This document shows positions 37,210-46,120 of a DNA stretch of 64,000 nt, piece after piece. This DNA is from Candidatus Giovannonibacteria bacterium (GTDB lineage Bacteria > Patescibacteriota > Minisyncoccia > UBA11713 > 2-01-FULL-45-33). Below the pieces are notes generated by a model. It ran no database searches and was not told the DNA's origin. It saw only the letters and a program-made list of their open reading frames with translations. Position 1 is the stretch's first letter. The number at the start of each line of letters is the position of its first letter. A program made the position numbers and the translations under genes. The stretch is from positions 150,281 through 214,280 of the forward strand of contig CP066687.1 in assembly GCA_016432405.1 (NCBI GenBank). The letters are read 5' to 3'.

Positions 37210-37222
37210 GCTGTGGATAAAA
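37210..37222. repeat. Right inverted repeat / perfect DnaA-box 9-mer (CTGTGGATAA)
   Basis: gctggCTGTGGATAAaaat. Confidence 0.5.
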
Positions 37223-37291
37223 ATGACTTAGCGTAGCATAGCATATTGAGCTATTAATTGTCAATGCCAAACCGCCTACAAGACGAGATAT

Positions 37292-37618
37292 TTAAAAAAA
37301 CCAATAAATCACCGCGGCTAAAAAACCGACTATGAGTATGAAACTGGCAGTCCCCCAAATTACCCACTCCCATATTCTTTTTCTCTCTTCCGGCGCTGCC
37401 TCCCTTTTTCCATATATGGTATATAAAATCACTGCTCGGATAACAAAAAGTAATATCAACCATATAAGTGCGTTGATAGCGCTATCGATCAATAGAAAAA
37501 TATTGGGTTCGTGTACTATCCATGGTGCGATAAACGCGCCGACAAAAACCGAAACAGCAACAACTTTAAATATCCGGTACCAAATTTTCTGATTAAGCTC
37601 TTCTGGTTTTGGTCTCAT
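37292..37618 (-). CDS. Small polytopic membrane protein (hypothetical)
   Basis: Start at internal Met (MRPKPEEL…) because upstream part of track ORF overlaps tRNA genes; three TM helices. Confidence 0.4.
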   Translation of the reverse strand: MRPKPEELNQKIWYRIFKVVAVSVFVGAFIAPWIVHEPNIFLLIDSAINALIWLILLFVIRAVILYTIYGKREAAPEERKRIWEWVIWGTASFILIVGFLAAVIYWFF

Positions 37619-37633
37619 ATAGTATGGTTTTTG

Positions 37634-37704
37634 TAGCGGGGGCCGGATTTGAACCGGCGTCTCAAGGTTATGAGCCTTGCGAGATACCACTTCTCCACCC
37701 CGCG
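37634..37704 (-). tRNA. tRNA-Met, initiator-like (anticodon CAT)
   Basis: Reverse complement CGCGGGGTGGAGAAGTGGTATCTCGCAAGGCTCATAACCTTG…GGTTCAAATCCGGCCCCCGCTA closely resembles bacterial tRNA-fMet (C1 unpaired with 72). Confidence 0.7.
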
Positions 37705-37792
37705 ATGTAAAACAAATTTTACTCCGTTTTTTTGAAAAAGCAAGTTTCAAGCTGGCAGAAACTTTAAAAATGTTATATATTAAGTCGTAACT

Positions 37793-37864
37793 GCCGGCGT
37801 AGCTCAGTGGCAGAGCGAGGGACTCATAAGCCCTAGGCCGCAGGTTCGATCCCTGCCGCCGGCA
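37793..37864 (+). tRNA. tRNA-Met or tRNA-Ile2 (anticodon CAT)
   Basis: GCCGGCGTAGCTCAGTGGCAGAGCG…anticodon loop CTCATAA…GGTTCGATCCCTGCCGCCGGCA. Confidence 0.75.
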
Positions 37865-37878
37865 AATGCGAAAATTAT

Positions 37879-37953
37879 GCAGCCGTAGTGTAGCCCGGTT
37901 AACACGCCTCCCTGTCACGGAGGAGATCGTGGGTTCAAATCCCATCGGCTGCG
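37879..37953 (+). tRNA. tRNA-Asp (anticodon GTC)
   Basis: GCAGCCGTAGTGTAGCCCGGTTAACACGCCTCCCTGTCACGGAGG…GGTTCAAATCCCATCGGCTGCG, discriminator G. Confidence 0.85.
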
Positions 37954-38013
37954 CCCCGAACCAGAAAGGAAATATAGTGACTTTATAATTCTATATTAAG
38001 ATTATACCTATAT

Positions 38014-38691
38014 ATGCAGGATACGCCGTTATGCGTAGGAATCATTTTGGATGGAAACAGGCGTTGGGCGAAGGAGCGCGGGCTTCCTTTTTTTGAAGGC
38101 CATCGGCAAGGGCTTGATAATGTTGAGCCGATAGCGCTTGCCGCGCGCGATATGGGCGTAAAGCACCTCGCTCTCTACGCTTTTTCCACGGAAAATTGGG
38201 AGAGGCCCAAGAAAGAAGTTTCCATGCTGATGTCGCTTTTTGAGACGATGGCCAAAGACAAAGCCGACCGGCTCATAAAAGAAGGCGCCAAAGTCCGATT
38301 TGCGGGCCAGCTTTGGCGCTTTTCCGAAAACCTCCAAAAATTGATGCGAGAGGCGGAAGAAAAAAGCCCCGCCGAGCCAAAAATCACGATCTGGATATTG
38401 CTTTCCTACGGCGGGCGGGCGGACATTGCCCAAGCGGCCGGAGCGCTTGCCAAAAAAGGCGAAGCCGCAAGCGAAGAGTCATTGGCGCGCAATTTATGGA
38501 CTGCCGGAATGCCAGACCCGGATATCATCATCCGCACCGGCGGCGAGCAGCGCCAATCCAATTTTCTTTTGTGGCAGGCGGCTTACAGCGAACTTTTTTT
38601 CCCGAAAACTTTCTGGCCGGAATTTACAAAAGAAGAATTTGAAAATATCATAAATGAATACAAAAAGCGCGAACGCCGCAACGGGGTTTGA
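38014..38691 (+). CDS. uppS: Undecaprenyl-diphosphate synthase
   Basis: GIILDGNRRWA…, cis-prenyltransferase signatures. Confidence 0.9.
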   Translation: MQDTPLCVGIILDGNRRWAKERGLPFFEGHRQGLDNVEPIALAARDMGVKHLALYAFSTENWERPKKEVSMLMSLFETMAKDKADRLIKEGAKVRFAGQLWRFSENLQKLMREAEEKSPAEPKITIWILLSYGGRADIAQAAGALAKKGEAASEESLARNLWTAGMPDPDIIIRTGGEQRQSNFLLWQAAYSELFFPKTFWPEFTKEEFENIINEYKKRERRNGV

Positions 38692-38723
38692 TTCAGAACC
38701 TTTTTTGTTTTATATTTTAAGAA

Positions 38724-39176
38724 ATGGCGGAGAAAGAAACCCAGATTTCGCGGCTGATTAAAATTGCCAAAGGATTGGTCGGCAGGCCTTACAAATACGG
38801 CGCGAAGATGAAAGACGCGCCAAGTTTTTTTGACTGCTCCCTTTTTACCCAATATGTTTTTAAGCAAATCGGCGTGGATTTGCCAAGAAGCACGATACTG
38901 CAGGCGGATAATGGGATTGAGGCGAGCTTGGAGGACATAAAGCCGGGGGATCTCTTGTTTTTTCACGGCGAGCGCGGTTTTTACAACAAAAAATTTCCAG
39001 AAGGCATCGGGCACGTGGTTTTATACGCGGGAGATGGCAAAGCCGTTCACGCCGCTTCCGAAAGAATTCAAGAAAACCCGGAAGTCGTTGAGCGCGGCGA
39101 GGTAGAGGAAAAAGGACTTGATTATATAATTGACAAATGCGGACCTCTCATCGTTGTTAAGCGGATAATCAAATGA
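38724..39176 (+). CDS. NlpC/P60 (C40) family peptidase
   Basis: Catalytic Cys in FDCSLF, His in GHVVLYAG…H. Confidence 0.8.
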   Translation: MAEKETQISRLIKIAKGLVGRPYKYGAKMKDAPSFFDCSLFTQYVFKQIGVDLPRSTILQADNGIEASLEDIKPGDLLFFHGERGFYNKKFPEGIGHVVLYAGDGKAVHAASERIQENPEVVERGEVEEKGLDYIIDKCGPLIVVKRIIK

Positions 39177-40321
39177 ATATTGAAATCAAATCGCCGGAGG
39201 AGGCGGAAATGAAAAAATTTCTTGAGGAAAGACACGACGCGGAAGCAAAAAGAATTTTGCGGTTTTTAAATATGCCGGACTTGTCGCGCGCGGAGGGGAG
39301 CCCACTCAAAGAAATAGTTGAGCGGGCTTCAAAGGTTAATAGCCTTGAAGGGTTTGATGTTATACAAATCCCCGAAATTATACCTACCAATATTTTGTTT
39401 GATCTCTTTAATATGCCGCCGGGGCATCCCGCCCGCAGCAAATCAGACACTTATTACATCGGCGATGATTATGTGCTTAGGACCCATGATACGGTGTTTT
39501 GGTACTATTATTTAAATTATCCTGAAATTAAAGAAAGAATCGCCAACAAGGAAATCTTAGGCGTGATTTGTTATGGAAAAGTATACCGAAAAGATGAAAT
39601 TGACCGAAGCCACATGAATGTATTCCACCAGTTCGGCGGGCTCCATATTGGGCCTGACGATAAAAAAACCATAACGCCAGAAGATTTAAAAAATACTCTT
39701 TCGGAAGTTGCCAGAAGTATTTTTGGAGATGTTAACTTTAGGTTCTACGATCACAATTTTCCTTATACGGATCCTAGTTTTGAAATGGAGGCGGAAATTA
39801 ACGGGCAATGGATGGAAATGCTCGGCTCTGGCATGGCAAGGAAAAGCGTATTGGCAAATTTTGGCCTTACTGGTTATCACGGCTGGGCTTTTGGTTTTGG
39901 TTTAGAGCGGCTGGCGATGGCTTCCATGAGCTTACCTGATATCCGGCTTTTGTGGTCGGAAGACCCGCGGATTAAAAAGCAACTGCGCTTGGGAAATAAA
40001 TATATTCCGGTGAGCAAATACCCGCCGATTACACGCGATATATCTTTTGTCGCGGACAAAAATTTTATTCCAAATAATTATTTTGATTTGCTAAGGGATT
40101 TGGGCCTGCCTGCCGGCAAGGCAGGGGGCGATTTGATTGAAGAGGTCGGTTTGATTGATAAATATGAAAACGCCGAAAAATTCGGGGAAGCCAAAACCAG
40201 CTACGCTTACCGGATAGTTTTCAGAAGCAACGAAAGGACTTTAACTTCCGGCGAAGTTGATGAGATAATGTCCAAAATTTACTCCGAAACCGCCAAGCAG
40301 TTTAAGGCGGAGTTGAGGTAA
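39173..40321 (+). CDS. pheS: Phenylalanine--tRNA ligase, apparently monomeric type (PheS catalytic core fused to C-terminal FDX-ACB anticodon-binding domain)
   Basis: Class II motifs (…GHPARS…, …GKVYRKDEIDRSHMNVFHQFGG…, …GFGLERLAM…); C-terminal ~95 aa (…ISFVADKNF…TSYAYRIVFRSNERTLTSGEVDEIMSKI) resembles PheT FDX-ACB; short N-terminus; no pheT adjacent. Confidence 0.8.
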   Translation: MNIEIKSPEEAEMKKFLEERHDAEAKRILRFLNMPDLSRAEGSPLKEIVERASKVNSLEGFDVIQIPEIIPTNILFDLFNMPPGHPARSKSDTYYIGDDYVLRTHDTVFWYYYLNYPEIKERIANKEILGVICYGKVYRKDEIDRSHMNVFHQFGGLHIGPDDKKTITPEDLKNTLSEVARSIFGDVNFRFYDHNFPYTDPSFEMEAEINGQWMEMLGSGMARKSVLANFGLTGYHGWAFGFGLERLAMASMSLPDIRLLWSEDPRIKKQLRLGNKYIPVSKYPPITRDISFVADKNFIPNNYFDLLRDLGLPAGKAGGDLIEEVGLIDKYENAEKFGEAKTSYAYRIVFRSNERTLTSGEVDEIMSKIYSETAKQFKAELR

Positions 40322-40442
40322 TTTAGCCGCTTTAAGTTTTGTTCATTCTAACGCGATCGCGTCAAGTTGGTCAAAAATAAAAAAAGCGCGGTGAGCGATG
40401 TTTTGCTCCCCAACGCATTTTTCTTTTTAGTGGTTATCCGTT

Positions 40443-40649
40443 TTAGTGGAGTGCTCTCATGCGCCTTGGAATGTCGTTGATTTTTTCCTCCAGCGCCTTG
40501 ATTTCTGCCTCAAGGCGTTCGCGTTCTTCTTCGCTGAGTTCGCCGCGAATTGATTTTTTCGCGAGAGCCACACGTTTCTCTGTAACTTCGTTGGTAAGCT
40601 TAAACCCTTCGGCTAAAAGAGCTTTTACCTCGTCCAATGTTTTATTCAT
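40443..40649 (-). CDS. Small coiled-coil protein (hypothetical, 68 aa)
   Basis: Start at internal ATG 40649 with AAGGAGGTG SD; helical, charged (…LSEEERERLEAEIKALEEKI…). Confidence 0.35.
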   Translation of the reverse strand: MNKTLDEVKALLAEGFKLTNEVTEKRVALAKKSIRGELSEEERERLEAEIKALEEKINDIPRRMRALH

Positions 40650-40780
40650 GGATACCACCTCCTTTTCTGATAAATTTACCTTATTATATACTAGCAAATT
40701 ATGGTTATTTTGTCAAGTTTTGGGGTTTGCGCCCTGCGGATTTTTATGCTAAGATTTGGGTATAAATTCGGATAAGATTT

Positions 40781-42745
40781 ATGCCAAAAAAAGCCGGTAA
40801 AATTAAGCCCAAAAATGAGGGGGGGAAAGGGGGGAGTTATACCGCCAAGGACATTTTTGTGTTGGAGGGCTTGGAACCGGTTAGGAAGCGCCCGGGGATG
40901 TACATCGGCTCAACCGGCCCCGACGGCCTTCACCATCTCATTTGGGAAGTGGTGGACAACTCCATTGACGAGGCGATGGCCGGGTACGCCAAAAATATCG
41001 CCGTGACTTTGCTGCCGGCTCACCGCGTGCGCGTTATTGACGACGGCCGGGGAATCCCCATTGAAATCCATAAGCAAACCAAGAAATCCGCTTTGGAGAC
41101 GGTGATGACAATGCTGCATGCCGGGGGAAAATTCGGCGGAACGGGATATAAAGTTTCGGGAGGACTCCATGGAGTCGGGATTTCCGTGGTCAACGCTTTG
41201 TCTTCCTGGATGCGCGTGGAGGTTTGCCGCGAGGGCGAGCAATGGGCGCAGGAATACCAGAGAGGCAAGCCAAAAACCAAAGTTCAGAAAGTTGGCAGAT
41301 GCCCGCGCAACGGCACGGCCGTTACTTTTGACCCTGACCCGGAAATTTTTGCCGGTAAAGACGGTAAAATTCCCGAATCTGACTGGAAAAGGATTTTGGA
41401 GCGCATGCGACAGCAGGCCTATCTTACTAAGGGCATAAAAATTTCCGTGCATGACGAGCGCGCCAAAGACAAAGCGGAGCATAAATCCTACGCTTTTTAT
41501 TTTGAAGGCGGCGTGGCTTCTTACGTCGCGTATCTCAATGAAGGGTTTCAGCCCAAGCACGACACAATTTTTTACACCCAAAAAGAATCAGAAGGGATTA
41601 TAGTGGAAATAGCTTTGCAGTACGTTGATGACCTTCAAACGAGGGAGCTCGCTTTCGCGAATAATATTTTAAATCAGGAAGGCGGCCAGCACGCAACCGG
41701 TTTCCGGACGGCGTTGACGCGCTCTTTGAATTTATACGCGCGAAAAAACGGGTATCTGAAAGAAGCGGAGGAAAATCTGACGGGAGAAGACGTCCGCGAG
41801 GGGCTGACTTCCGTAATTTCCGTAAAACTTAAAAATCCGCAGTTTGAGGGGCAGACCAAAGCCAAACTCGGCAACCCCGAGGCGCGTACGGCGGTGGAAG
41901 ACGTTTTCGGAAAAGCGTTTGACGCGTTTTTGGAAGAGCGGCCGCAGGACGCGCGGGCGATTTTGGAAAAAGTCGTCTTGGCTCTCAAGGCGCGCAAAGC
42001 AGCCAAGGCGGCCAAAGACACTATTTTGCGGAAAGGCGCTTTGGAGGGCTTGGCGCTGCCCGGAAAACTGGCGGATTGCCAGTCCAAAAACGCCGCCGAG
42101 TCGGAAATTTTCATAGTTGAAGGCGACTCGGCCGGAGGCACGGCCAAGCAGGCCAGAGACAGAAGATTCCAGGCAATTTTACCATTGCGGGGCAAAATTT
42201 TAAATGTTGAGAAAGCGCGTCTGGACAAAATGCTGACCTCGCAGGAGATTAAGGCGCTGGTGATTGCCTTGGGCGCGGCGATCGCGGAAAGTTTTGACAT
42301 ATCCAAGCTCCGCTACCACCGCGTTGTGATTATGACGGATGCGGACGTGGACGGCGCGCACATACGGACGCTGCTTTTAACGCTTTTTTACAGATACTAT
42401 CTGCCGCTGGTTCAGCAAGGATATGTTTACATCGCCCAGCCGCCGCTTTATAAAATCCAAAAAGGCAAAGATGTAAAATACGCTTACGCCGAAGAAGAAA
42501 AAAATAAAATGACGAAAGGAATTGACGGGCAAAACATCCAGCGCTACAAGGGTTTGGGGGAAATGAACGCTGAGCAGCTTTGGGAGACGACCATGGACCC
42601 GGGGCGGAGAGTGCTTAAGCAGGTGACGATAGAAGACGCCAAAGCGGCCGACCATATTTTTGACGTTTTAATGGGCGACGAGGTGGAGCCGAGGAAGCTT
42701 TTCATTCAGACCCACGCCAAGGCAGTGAAGAATCTGGACATTTGA
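40781..42745 (+). CDS. gyrB: DNA gyrase subunit B
   Basis: GHKL ATPase N-terminus (…GLHHLIWEVVDNSIDEA…), TOPRIM EGDSAGG, 654 aa. Confidence 0.9.
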   Translation: MPKKAGKIKPKNEGGKGGSYTAKDIFVLEGLEPVRKRPGMYIGSTGPDGLHHLIWEVVDNSIDEAMAGYAKNIAVTLLPAHRVRVIDDGRGIPIEIHKQTKKSALETVMTMLHAGGKFGGTGYKVSGGLHGVGISVVNALSSWMRVEVCREGEQWAQEYQRGKPKTKVQKVGRCPRNGTAVTFDPDPEIFAGKDGKIPESDWKRILERMRQQAYLTKGIKISVHDERAKDKAEHKSYAFYFEGGVASYVAYLNEGFQPKHDTIFYTQKESEGIIVEIALQYVDDLQTRELAFANNILNQEGGQHATGFRTALTRSLNLYARKNGYLKEAEENLTGEDVREGLTSVISVKLKNPQFEGQTKAKLGNPEARTAVEDVFGKAFDAFLEERPQDARAILEKVVLALKARKAAKAAKDTILRKGALEGLALPGKLADCQSKNAAESEIFIVEGDSAGGTAKQARDRRFQAILPLRGKILNVEKARLDKMLTSQEIKALVIALGAAIAESFDISKLRYHRVVIMTDADVDGAHIRTLLLTLFYRYYLPLVQQGYVYIAQPPLYKIQKGKDVKYAYAEEEKNKMTKGIDGQNIQRYKGLGEMNAEQLWETTMDPGRRVLKQVTIEDAKAADHIFDVLMGDEVEPRKLFIQTHAKAVKNLDI

Positions 42746-42779
42746 CATATTTCGCGCACGGAGTATTATTGAAATGTAA

Positions 42780-42798
42780 GAGCCCCGCGGGGCTTTTA
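42780..42798 (+). terminator. Intrinsic terminator after gyrB
   Basis: GAGCCCCGCGGGGCTTTT. Confidence 0.7.
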
Positions 42799-42825
42799 AA
42801 AATGGCAAATTAGTGGATTAGCATC

Positions 42826-43008
42826 ATGTTGGATAAACTGACAAATTATCTCAAAGAAACGAGGATTGAGATGAAAAAAGTGAACTGGCCGACGAGGCAG
42901 GAAACCGTGCGATATACCATTACCGTGATCGCGGTTTCTTTGGCCGTGGCCGCGGTTTTGGGCGCGTTTGATTTTATATTCTCGCGCGTAATCCGGCTAT
43001 TTATTTGA
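42826..43008 (+). CDS. secE: Preprotein translocase subunit SecE
   Basis: 60 aa, single C-terminal TM, immediately upstream of nusG. Confidence 0.8.
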   Translation: MLDKLTNYLKETRIEMKKVNWPTRQETVRYTITVIAVSLAVAAVLGAFDFIFSRVIRLFI

Positions 43009-43020
43009 TTTTTTAAATTT

Positions 43021-43566
43021 ATGCCGAAACAAACATCCGAATTCGGAAAAAATTGGTACGCCGTGCACACCTACTCCGGCTACGAAGACGCGGTCGCAAG
43101 AAATCTCCGCCAGAGGATTGAGTCATTGGGGATGGAGGGCCAGATTTTTCAGGTTGTGGTGCCCAAAGAAAAAAAGATAAAAATCAAAAGCGGCAAGCGC
43201 CGGGTGGTTGAAGAAGAAATTTACCCAGGGTACGTTTTGGTTGAGATGATTGTGACCGACGCTTCGTGGTATGTTGTCCGAAACACCCCGCGGGTCACCG
43301 GATTCGTGGGCTCGGGAACGACCCCGGTGCCCTTGGAGAAAGAGGAAATTGATTCGCTTTTCGCCAGAATGGGCAAGGAAGAGCCGACGCACAAAATTGA
43401 CGTCGGCGTCGGCGAGCCGGTTAGAATCATAGACGGGCCGTTCAAGGATTTTGAGGGCAAAGTCGGAGAGATTGACGAGGCGCGCGGCAAAGTCAAGGTG
43501 TTTGTTTCCGTATTCGGCCGGGAAACGCCCGTGGAGCTGGATTTCCTGCAGGTTAAGAAGTTATAA
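43021..43566 (+). CDS. nusG: Transcription termination/antitermination factor NusG
   Basis: NGN domain [11 protein letters not shown]…, C-terminal KOW ([18 protein letters not shown]). Confidence 0.9.
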   Translation: MPKQTSEFGKNWYAVHTYSGYEDAVARNLRQRIESLGMEGQIFQVVVPKEKKIKIKSGKRRVVEEEIYPGYVLVEMIVTDASWYVVRNTPRVTGFVGSGTTPVPLEKEEIDSLFARMGKEEPTHKIDVGVGEPVRIIDGPFKDFEGKVGEIDEARGKVKVFVSVFGRETPVELDFLQVKKL

Positions 43567-43573
43567 AAACAAA

Positions 43574-43999
43574 ATGGCAAAGGCGATAAAAACAATAATA
43601 AAAATTCAGCTGCCGGCGGGCAAAGCCACACCCGCGCCTCCTTTGGGCCCGGCGCTTGGCCAGCACGGAGTGAACATCGGCGAATTCGTCAGCAAATTCA
43701 ACGCGGCCACCGCCAAAATGGAAGGCGACATAATCCCTGCGGAAATTACCATTTATCAAGACCGGACTTTTGATTTTAAATTAAAGACCCCGCCGGCCTC
43801 CGACCTTCTGCGCAAAGCCGCCGGAGTGGAAAAAGGCGCGGCAAATTCTCTTGCGAGCAAAGTCGGCAAGGTCTCGCGCGTTAAAATTCGCGAGATTGCG
43901 GAACGAAAAATGGAGGACCTAAACGCCAACGACGTTGAGGCGGCCATGAAAATCATAGAAGGCACGGCCCGCAACATGGGGATTGAAGTGACTGATTAG
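43574..43999 (+). CDS. rplK: 50S ribosomal protein L11
   Basis: Start ATG 43574 ([34 protein letters not shown]…). Confidence 0.9.
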   Translation: MAKAIKTIIKIQLPAGKATPAPPLGPALGQHGVNIGEFVSKFNAATAKMEGDIIPAEITIYQDRTFDFKLKTPPASDLLRKAAGVEKGAANSLASKVGKVSRVKIREIAERKMEDLNANDVEAAMKIIEGTARNMGIEVTD

Positions 44000-44040
44000 A
44001 TTTGTTAAAATTTCTTCAGAGATTCCCGATCGGAGGATAT

Positions 44041-44601
44041 ATGAAAGAAACTCCGCTGTTTGTTGCCATTGAAGGGGTTAGCAGTATTGCCCAGAAAATG
44101 CTTTCGGAGGAGCTGGAGGTTTACTTTGCCGCCCAACTCGGCTTAGGCGTCGTAGCGGTAAAAGAGCCGAGCGACGGGCTTATTGGACATCGTATTCAGA
44201 AGATTATTGACGGAAAACTGCCCGCGCTCAAGACAAATTATGAGTTTCAGCGGCTGTGCGTTGAAGACCGGTTTGAGAATATCCGCCGCGTAATCCGGCC
44301 GCATCTCCAGCTGGGGAACTGCGTGCTCTCCATCGGATATTGGCTTACTACGCTCGCTCACGGGATGTTGGACGGTTCTTTGGAACAATACCTGCAATTG
44401 CACAGAGATATTATCGGCATAGAAATGATTTTCCCGCATCTTTCCATTCTTTTGGACGCGCCAGCGAATTCCCCTCTCCGCGCTAACTATCTTTGGCTTG
44501 CCGAATGCGGACACTTTGGCAACATTCATATAATCAACTCCGCCAGGCCAGAAGACGAAACGCTGTCCTCGGCCGTCGCCGCCATCAAGCCCTTGCTCTA
44601 A
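44041..44601 (+). CDS. Thymidylate kinase-like protein with degenerate (lysine-less) P-loop
   Basis: Start ATG 44041 (MKETPLFVAIEGVSSIAQ…); TMK-like pattern (…VKEPSDGLIGHRIQKII…, …LSILLDAPANSPLRAN…) but GxxGxGKS/T replaced by EGVSSIAQ. Confidence 0.45.
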   Translation: MKETPLFVAIEGVSSIAQKMLSEELEVYFAAQLGLGVVAVKEPSDGLIGHRIQKIIDGKLPALKTNYEFQRLCVEDRFENIRRVIRPHLQLGNCVLSIGYWLTTLAHGMLDGSLEQYLQLHRDIIGIEMIFPHLSILLDAPANSPLRANYLWLAECGHFGNIHIINSARPEDETLSSAVAAIKPLL

Positions 44602-44690
44602 CGGGGCTTGTTTTTTTATTTAAAATTGCTAGGGTTTGGAAAGAGTTCTAACCGAATACCAACGCTACTAAAACAGAGGAGGGATAAGTT

Positions 44691-45629
44691 ATGGAGCAAT
44701 TCTTGAATTTGATTGACACGGTTCTGACCAAAGGGAAGAAAAGAACGACTAGCGTCCAAGGGCCGGGCACTATCGTCTACCCGGGGTATGAGATGCGTTT
44801 TCGGATGGACGATGGCTTTCCGCTTATTACCACAAGGAGCTTGAAGGGTTCATGGAAAGCGGTACGGGCAGAACTGCTTTGGCTTCTCTCCGGTTCAGAT
44901 GACATAGCCGACCTTCATAAAGACGGCGTTCATCTATGGGATTCCTGGGCGACACCGGAAATTTGCGCTCAATACGGACTTCCGCCGGGAAGATTGGGGC
45001 GGATTTACGGCCCGCAGTGGCGGCGATGGCCGAAGCGGGAAAATGATCTGGTTGATAAGATTGCGGATATAATCGCCCGGGTGGAACCACTCAACGGCGA
45101 GAAAATCCGTGCCATAAAAAAGTTGTTAGAAAATCGTCCGCGCGGCGGAGAGACGATTGACCAGATAGCGAACCTTGTCCATGAGATCAAAACCTTCCCC
45201 GATTCAAAGAGGATGAAAGTTACCGCTTGGAATCCGGAAGACGTTGATAAGGTTTTTATCGCTCCTTGCCATGGGGATTTTAAATTCATCGTGGCCGAAG
45301 GAGGCCTTTACTTGATTTTATCTCAAAGAAGCGCGGATCTTCTCGTAGGGGTCCCGTTCAACATTGCCGGATATGCGCTTTTCCTGAAAATGATGGCCCA
45401 GGTAACGGAGTTAAAAGCGGTTGAATTTGTTCACCAACTGATTGATGTGCATATCTATTTCGACCAGATCGAGTACGCAAAGATACAGCTCGAGCGGGTT
45501 CCAAAATCGTTGCCCGGGGTGAAGCTTAACCCCGCAGTGTCCGACCTCTTCCGTTTTCAGTTGAACGATTTCGTTCTTGAAAACTACGATCCGCACCCGC
45601 CCATCAAAGGAATTCCGGTGGCAATTTGA
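44691..45629 (+). CDS. thyA: Thymidylate synthase (ThyA family) with internal insertion
   Basis: …IAPCHGDF… catalytic Cys, QRSADLLVGVPFNIAGYALFL, Asn in FNIA suggests dUMP substrate; 312 aa. Confidence 0.85.
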   Translation: MEQFLNLIDTVLTKGKKRTTSVQGPGTIVYPGYEMRFRMDDGFPLITTRSLKGSWKAVRAELLWLLSGSDDIADLHKDGVHLWDSWATPEICAQYGLPPGRLGRIYGPQWRRWPKRENDLVDKIADIIARVEPLNGEKIRAIKKLLENRPRGGETIDQIANLVHEIKTFPDSKRMKVTAWNPEDVDKVFIAPCHGDFKFIVAEGGLYLILSQRSADLLVGVPFNIAGYALFLKMMAQVTELKAVEFVHQLIDVHIYFDQIEYAKIQLERVPKSLPGVKLNPAVSDLFRFQLNDFVLENYDPHPPIKGIPVAI

Positions 45630-45639
45630 AAGGAGGCCT

Positions 45640-46071
45640 ATGATTATGGGAAAAGATTTTGTTGATCTGCGTCATGCCAAGAGTAAGGACTACTGCGCGG
45701 TGCTGAAGGAAATTAAAAAAGAAGGCAAGTGTCCTTTTTGCCCGGAGAACTTTCGTTGGCATCCGAAACCGATTCTAGAGAATTATCAGAGATGGTTTCT
45801 CACCGAAGCGAATTGGCCGTATGAGAATGCCCGCAAGCATTTTCTAATTATCTGCAAAGAGCATAAAGAGGATTTTTTAACTCTTACTCCGAACGACTTT
45901 TCGGAAGTTTACGAGCTTGTGAGTCAAGCCATTGAGGATTTCAGGATTCGCGGCGGCGCCGTTACGCTTCGTTTCGGAGACACTGCATACACCGGGGCTA
46001 CGGTGAAGCATCTTCACTTCCATTTGATTGTTCCCAAAAAAAGGAAAGTGGTGGACTTTCCGATCGGATAA
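45640..46071 (+). CDS. HIT-like protein with CxxC plus HxHxH motifs (GalT/Ap4A-phosphorylase-like branch)
   Basis: AGGAGG SD 6 nt upstream of ATG 45640; CPFC…; VKHLHFHLIV. Confidence 0.55.
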   Translation: MIMGKDFVDLRHAKSKDYCAVLKEIKKEGKCPFCPENFRWHPKPILENYQRWFLTEANWPYENARKHFLIICKEHKEDFLTLTPNDFSEVYELVSQAIEDFRIRGGAVTLRFGDTAYTGATVKHLHFHLIVPKKRKVVDFPIG

Positions 46072-46079
46072 AAAAACAG

Positions 46080-46120
46080 CCCTGACGCGCGGCGAGGTTC
46101 GCGCATCAGGGTCTTTTTAT
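46080..46120. terminator. Bidirectional intrinsic terminator between convergent operons
   Basis: AGCCCTGACGCGCG-GCGAGGTT-CGCGCATCAGGGTC hairpin flanked by A-run and T-run. Confidence 0.65.

Noticed and set aside
35498-37222. Interpretation of the two perfect DnaA boxes as a chromosomal origin (oriC)
   Set aside because: Only single boxes 1.7 kb apart and in inverted orientation; no box cluster, no AT-rich DUE, no dnaA/dnaN nearby; more consistent with terminal inverted repeats or regulatory boxes
37619-37945. N-terminal portion of the 217-aa minus-strand ORF 37292-37945
   Set aside because: That part of the frame runs across three tRNA genes; CDS trimmed to start at internal Met 37618
44024-44031. 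Additional CCGATCGG occurrences at 44024 and 46062 as further copies of the 34-nt element
   Set aside because: Only the 8-nt palindrome matches; flanking arms TTAACAAAC/GTTTGTTAA absent; coincidence
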